Assembly (NCBI GenBank): GCA_030390025.1
Contig: JASTWF010000155.1
Coordinates: forward strand, 434,001 to 498,000
Direction: 5' to 3'
Source: Squalus acanthias
Taxonomy: Eukaryota
DNA: 64,000 nt
Part shown: positions 58,360-64,000 of the stretch, piece after piece
Layout of the letters: each line of letters starts with the position of its first letter
How positions within the stretch are numbered: the first letter of the stretch is position 1
Notes under the pieces: model-generated
The model's input: the letters and a program-made list of their open reading frames with translations, nothing else
Told to the model about the DNA's origin: nothing
The model's database searches: none
Program-made: the position numbers and the translations under genes

Positions 58360-61300
58360 CAATAGGAATATAGGAACAGGAGGAGGCCATTCAATGAGAT
58401 GGTGGCTGATCTGTACCTCAACACCATTTACCCACCTTATCTCCATATCCTTCTGTGTTACAATTACAAAACACACAGCTATGGATCCCAGTCTTGAAGG
58501 CTCCATTGTGCCAATTACGTAACACAAAGCTATCGATCCCAGTCTTGAAGGCTCCATTGAGCCAATTACATAACACATAGCTATCGATCCCAGTCTTGAA
58601 GGCTCCATTGTGCCAGCATCCACAGCCTTTGGGGAAAGAATACCAGAGTTCTACTGCTCTTATTGTGAAAAAGTGCTTCCTGATTTCCCTCCTAAATGGT
58701 CCAGCAATAATTTTAAGAGCATGTGCCCTCGTTCTTGATTCGCCCACGTGAGGAAATAGTTTCTCCATATCTACAGAAACGATTGATTTTTAACATTTTA
58801 AACACATCGATCATATCATCCCTCAATATTTTATATTCAACGCGATACAAGCCAAGTTTATGCAACCTGTTCTCACAATTTAATCCGATAAGCCTCAGTA
58901 GCTTTCTGGTGAATCTGCGCTGCACCCACTCCAAAGCCAATGTATCCTTCCTGATGTGTGGGGCCCAAAACTGAACGTAGTGCTCCAGATGGGTCCTGAA
59001 CAAGGCTCCATGGAACTGAATTTTAACTCCCCCTCTCATTGTGTTCCAGCCCCCTACATTTCATTAGCCTTTTGGATTGAGTTTTGGACCTGTCTGATAG
59101 TTTGAAAAGATTTGTGTTCTTGGACTACCAAATCTCTGTGCACCTCTACAGTTCCTAGTTTCTCGCCACTAAGAAATGACTCCGCTTTATCTTCTGAAGT
59201 CCAAAGTAGATGATCTCACACTTCACTTTGAACTCCATCTGCCACTGTTTTGCCCATTCACTTAATCTGTCTCTGTCACTTTGCATTTTCCTGCTCAAAT
59301 CAGCACTACTTACTGGCCCTCCTAACTTATTGTCATCTGCAAACTTGGATATAGGTCATTCTATTCCTTCATCCAAGTCATTAATTAATATTGTGAAAAA
59401 TTGAAACCCAGAACGCATCCCTGGGAAACACGACTTGTTCCAACCTGCCAGTCTGAGTACATCCCCTTTATCCCCATCTTCTGTCTCTCACCTCCCAGAA
59501 ATTTACAATCCATGTCAAAAGGTTACCTCCAATTCCGTGCTCTCTCATTATTGGAAATAATCTACTGTGCATAATCTCATCGAATTCTTTTTGGAAGTCC
59601 ATGTAGATAACATCGGTAGACCCTCCCTTATGGTACCTTATAAGTGGCATTCTGAAACAATTCAACTAGATTAGTCGGACATGACTTACCTTTGACAGAG
59701 CCAGGCTCTCTCTGAATAGCACGTATTTGTTCAAGTTCTCAGTCAATATATCCTCAATGACTGATTTTGGTAGCATCACCACATTTGATGTTAAACTGAC
59801 AGGCATGTAGTCACCTTATTTTTTTCTCCCACTATTCCTAAATAATGGAGTGACATTAGCAATTTTCCAGTCTAATGGTGCAATTCATGAATCCAGTGAG
59901 TTTTGAAACATTAGAACGAAGGCTTCTGCAATTTCCTAAACTACTTCTTTGAATACATTGGGGTGGAAAGCGCCAGGTCCTAGAGATTTATCTCTCTGCA
60001 GTCCCAGTATTTTCCCCATTTCCAATATTTAAATGATTTTTTAATGCCATAAGTTGTTCCCCTTCATTTACTTTTAGTTTCTCTTCTATCACTGGTATTT
60101 TATTCTCTTCCTCTAATGTGAAAACGGAGACAAAATACTGGTTCAATAAATCTGTCATTAAATTGTTATCTGTTACCGTATCACCTGTGTTGGACTATAA
60201 ACGGCCCAAATCTCCCTTTGCCCCTCTCTTATTCAAGATATTTATAAGAATGTTTACTATCAGTCTTGATCTTACCGGCAATGTCTTCGGATTCCCTTTT
60301 TGCAGCTCTTAATATTGTCTTTGAATCATTTTGTGGAGTTCTAATTTCTCCCAGTCCGCTCAATGACGACTTTTCTTGGCAATTGTGTGCGTCACATCCG
60401 TTACCAATACACTTCTTACCTCACATGTTGACCATGGTTGCTTGACTGTACAAGTGAAATTTTATTGGTATTTTACTGCACTAAATACTTCTTTGAATAT
60501 CTCCCACTGTTTTTCTCTAGGTTTACCTATTAGCAGCTCAGCCCAGTTTAACGAGTTTATCTGATGCCTCGTGCCTTCGAAGTCAGCCTCACTTAAGTTT
60601 AAAATCTTGGCGAGTGTGTGCTTTCGCCTCTGCTCGAACTTAAAGTCAAACGCTATCATATTGCAGCAAAATACTGCGGATGCTGCTAATCATAAATAAC
60701 ATCAGAAAATGCTGGAAACACTCAACAGGTCAGGCAGCATCGTGGAGAGAGAAACAGAGTTAACGTTTCAGGGCGATGACACTTCGTCAGAACTGGAAAA
60801 AAGGTGAGAGAAGTAACAGATTTTCAAGCAAGTTTGGGGCAGGGACAGGGAGGAGGGGAGTAACGAACAAAGGCAAAGTCTTTGAAGATGAACAAGGTTG
60901 AAGAGACGAACGGAAATCCCGTCGGAGAGAAGAGCAGAACTTCTTCGAGGTGGGCATTCCTAGAAGAGAAGGGACAGTGAATTAAACACTAATACAAAGC
61001 AAAATACTGCGCATGCTGGAAATCAGAAATAACAACAGAAAATGTTGCAAACACTCAGCAGGTCAGGCAGCATCGTGGAGAGAGAAACAGAGTTAAAGTT
61101 TTAGTTCGACGACCCTTCGTCAGAAGTGGAAAAGGTCAGAGAAGTAACAGGTTTTTAAGCAAGTGTGGGGCATCTTATGCTCACTACTTGCCAGCTGTTT
61201 CTTCACTGACAGATTACGATGCAATTCTGGATCATTTCTCGTTACTAAGTCTGTTACAAGTTCCATTTATCCTTCCTGACCATTGCATTATATGAGCTCG
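58360..61300 (-). mobile_element. Old degraded CR1 LINE
   Basis: Fragmentary ORF2 motifs (HLEHYVQFWAP, YMDFQKEFD); internal ~54-bp triplication at 58480-58615. Confidence 0.75.
60663..61170 (-). mobile_element. Internally deleted mini-Penelope: two tandem pLTRs with degenerate hammerheads
   Basis: pLTR copies ~60664-60840 and ~60995-61170 separated by a piece matching the ORF start region at 36775-36887. Confidence 0.8.
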
Positions 61301-61327
61301 TTTATACATTTCAATAGCAGACGCAGT

Positions 61328-64000
61328 GTATCCTAACTGACCATTGTATTATCAGTCCCCATGTATCCTTACTGACCATTGTATTATCAGTCCCCATGTA
61401 TCCTAACTGACCATTGTATTATCAGTCCCCATGTATCCTTACTGACCATTTAAGTATAAGCCCCCCGTATCCTTACTGACCACGGTATTCGCAGTCCCCA
61501 TATATCCTTACTGACTAAGCTTTATCAGTGAACATTATCCTTACTTATAATTGAATTATCAGTCCCCATGTATCCTTAGTGACCATTGTATTATCAGTCC
61601 CCATGTATCCTTACTGACCATTGCATTATTAGCCCCTATGTATCCATACAGACCATTGTATTTTCAGTCCCCATGTATCCTTACTGACTTTGTATTATCA
61701 GCCCCCATTATCCTTACTTACTATTGAATAATCAGTCCACATGTATCCTTACTATCCATTGTATTATCAGTCTCCATGTATCCATACTGACCATGGTATT
61801 ATCAGTCCTCGTGTATCCTTAAAGACCATTGCATTATCAGTCCCCATGTATCCTCACTGACCATTGTATTATCAGTCCCCATGTATACTTACTCACCATT
61901 GTATTATCAGTCCCCGTGTATCCTTACTGACCATTGTAATATCAGTCCTCATGTAACTTGCTGACCGTTGTATTATCAGTTCACATTTATCCTTACTGAC
62001 CATTGTGTCATCAGTCCCAATGTATCCTGATTGACCATTGTATTATCAGTCCACATCTATCCAGACTGACCATTGTATTATCGGTCCCCATGTGTCCTTA
62101 CTGGCCATTGTATTATCAGCCCCCATGTATCCTTACTGATCATTGTATTATCAGTCCCCGTGTATCCTTACTGACCATTGTATTATCAGTCCCCATCTCT
62201 CCAGACTGACCAATTTATTATCAGTCCCCATGTATCCTTACTGACCATTGTATTATCGGTCCCCATGTAGCCGTACCGACCATTGTATTATCAGCCCCAA
62301 TGTATCCTTACAGACCATTATATTATTAGCCCCCATATATCCTTAAGGACCATTGTAGTAACAGTCCCCATCTATCCTTACTGACCATTGTAATATCAGC
62401 TCCCATGTATCCTTACAGGCCATTGTTATATCAGTCCCCATGTATCCTTAATGACCATTGCATTATCAGTTCCCATGTATCCTTACAGACCATTGTATTA
62501 TCAGTCCCCATGTATCCTTGATGACAATTGTAGCATCACTCCCCATGTATCCTTACTGACAATTGTATTAGCAGTCCCCATGTAACCTTACAGACCATTG
62601 TATTATCAGGCCCCATTATCATTACTTACTATTGAATTATCAGTCCCTATGTATCCTTACTGACCATTTTATTACCAGTCCCCATGTATCATTAATGACT
62701 ACTGTAGTATCAGTCCCCATGTAATTTTCCTCACCATTGCATTATCAGCTCCCATGTATCCTTACTGACCATTGTATAATCAGTCACCATGTATCCATAC
62801 TAACCATTGTATTATCAGTCCCCATGTCTCCTTACTGACCATTGTATTATCAGACCCCATGTGTCCTTACAGACCATTGCATTATCAGTCCCCATGTATC
62901 CGTACTGACGATTGCATTATCAGTAACCATGTAATTTTACTTACCAATGCATTTTCAGCCCCCATGCATCCTTACTGACAATTGTATTATCAGTCCCCAT
63001 GTATCATTACTGACAATTATATTAACAGTCCCCATCTAACCTTACTTACCACTGTATTATCAGTACCCATGTATCCTTACTGACCATTGTATTATCAGTC
63101 CCCATGTAATTTTACTGACCATTGTGTTACCAGCCCCGATGTATCCTTGCTGACCATTGCTTTATCAGCCCCTATGGATCGAAACTGACGATTCGAATTA
63201 CAGTCGCAGTCTATCCTTACTGGCCATTGTATTCTCAGTCCCCAAGCATCCTCACTGAAGATTCTATTATCAGCCCCCATGTATACTTACTGACAATTGT
63301 ATTATCAGCCCCCGTTATTCTTACTTACTATTGAATTATCAGTCCCCATCTATCCATACTGACCATTGTATTATCAGTCCCCATGTATCCTTACAGACCA
63401 TTGTATTATCAGTTCCCATGCTTCCTTACTGAAGATTCTATTATCAGCCCCCATGTATACTTACTGAAGATTCTATTATCAGCCCCCATGTATCCTTACT
63501 GACCAGTGTATTATCAGTCCCCATGTATCCATACTGACCATTCCATTCTCAGCCTCCCTGCATCCATACAGAACATTGTATTCTCAGTTCCCATGTATCC
63601 TTACTGAATTTGTATTATCAGCACACATTATCCTTACGTATTATTGAATTATCAGTCCCCATGTATCCTGACTGACCATTGTATTATCAGTCCCCATGTA
63701 TCCGCACTGACCATTGTATTATCAGTCCCCATGTATCCTTACTGACTATTGTATTATCAGTCCCCATGTATCCTCACTGACCATTCTATTATCAGGCCCC
63801 AATGTATCCTGACTGACCATTGTATTATCAGTCCCCATATATCCTCACTGACCATTGTATTATCAACCCACTTTATCCTTACTTGATATTGATTTATCAG
63901 TCCCCATGCATTCTGACTGAAGATTCTATTAACAGCCCCCATGTATACTGACTGACAATTGTATTATCAGCTCCCGTTATTCTTACTTACTATTGAATTA
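61328..64000. repeat. 35-bp satellite array running off the window end
   Basis: About 75 diverged copies of TATCCTTACTGACCATTGTATTATCAGTCCCCATG. Confidence 0.97.

Overview
Eukaryotic, repeat-rich vertebrate DNA, most consistent with a cartilaginous fish (shark-type CR1 LINEs, Penelope elements, Deu-domain SINEs, GPR139-like paralogues, TCR-like V segments); the taxon is inferred. Left of an N-gap (19808-20940) lies an antigen-receptor region on the minus strand: an apparently intact TCR alpha/delta-like V gene (leader, 93-bp intron, V exon, 23-RSS, tandem octamer promoter), a possible decayed TCR constant gene, and a second V gene broken by a MITE and a Penelope solo pLTR. An intact Tx1 retrotransposon sits inside the hammerhead-bearing pLTR of a Penelope element, flanked by a mismatched 55-bp duplication. 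Right of the gap are two divergently oriented, two-exon GPR139-like GPCR genes with shared promoter blocks (both frameshifted; one has a 6x72-bp in-frame repeat) and a third fragment, plus nested CR1/Penelope elements, four MITEs with ANT flanks (two on each side of the gap) and several minisatellites/satellites. Repeat boundaries for old elements are approximate.
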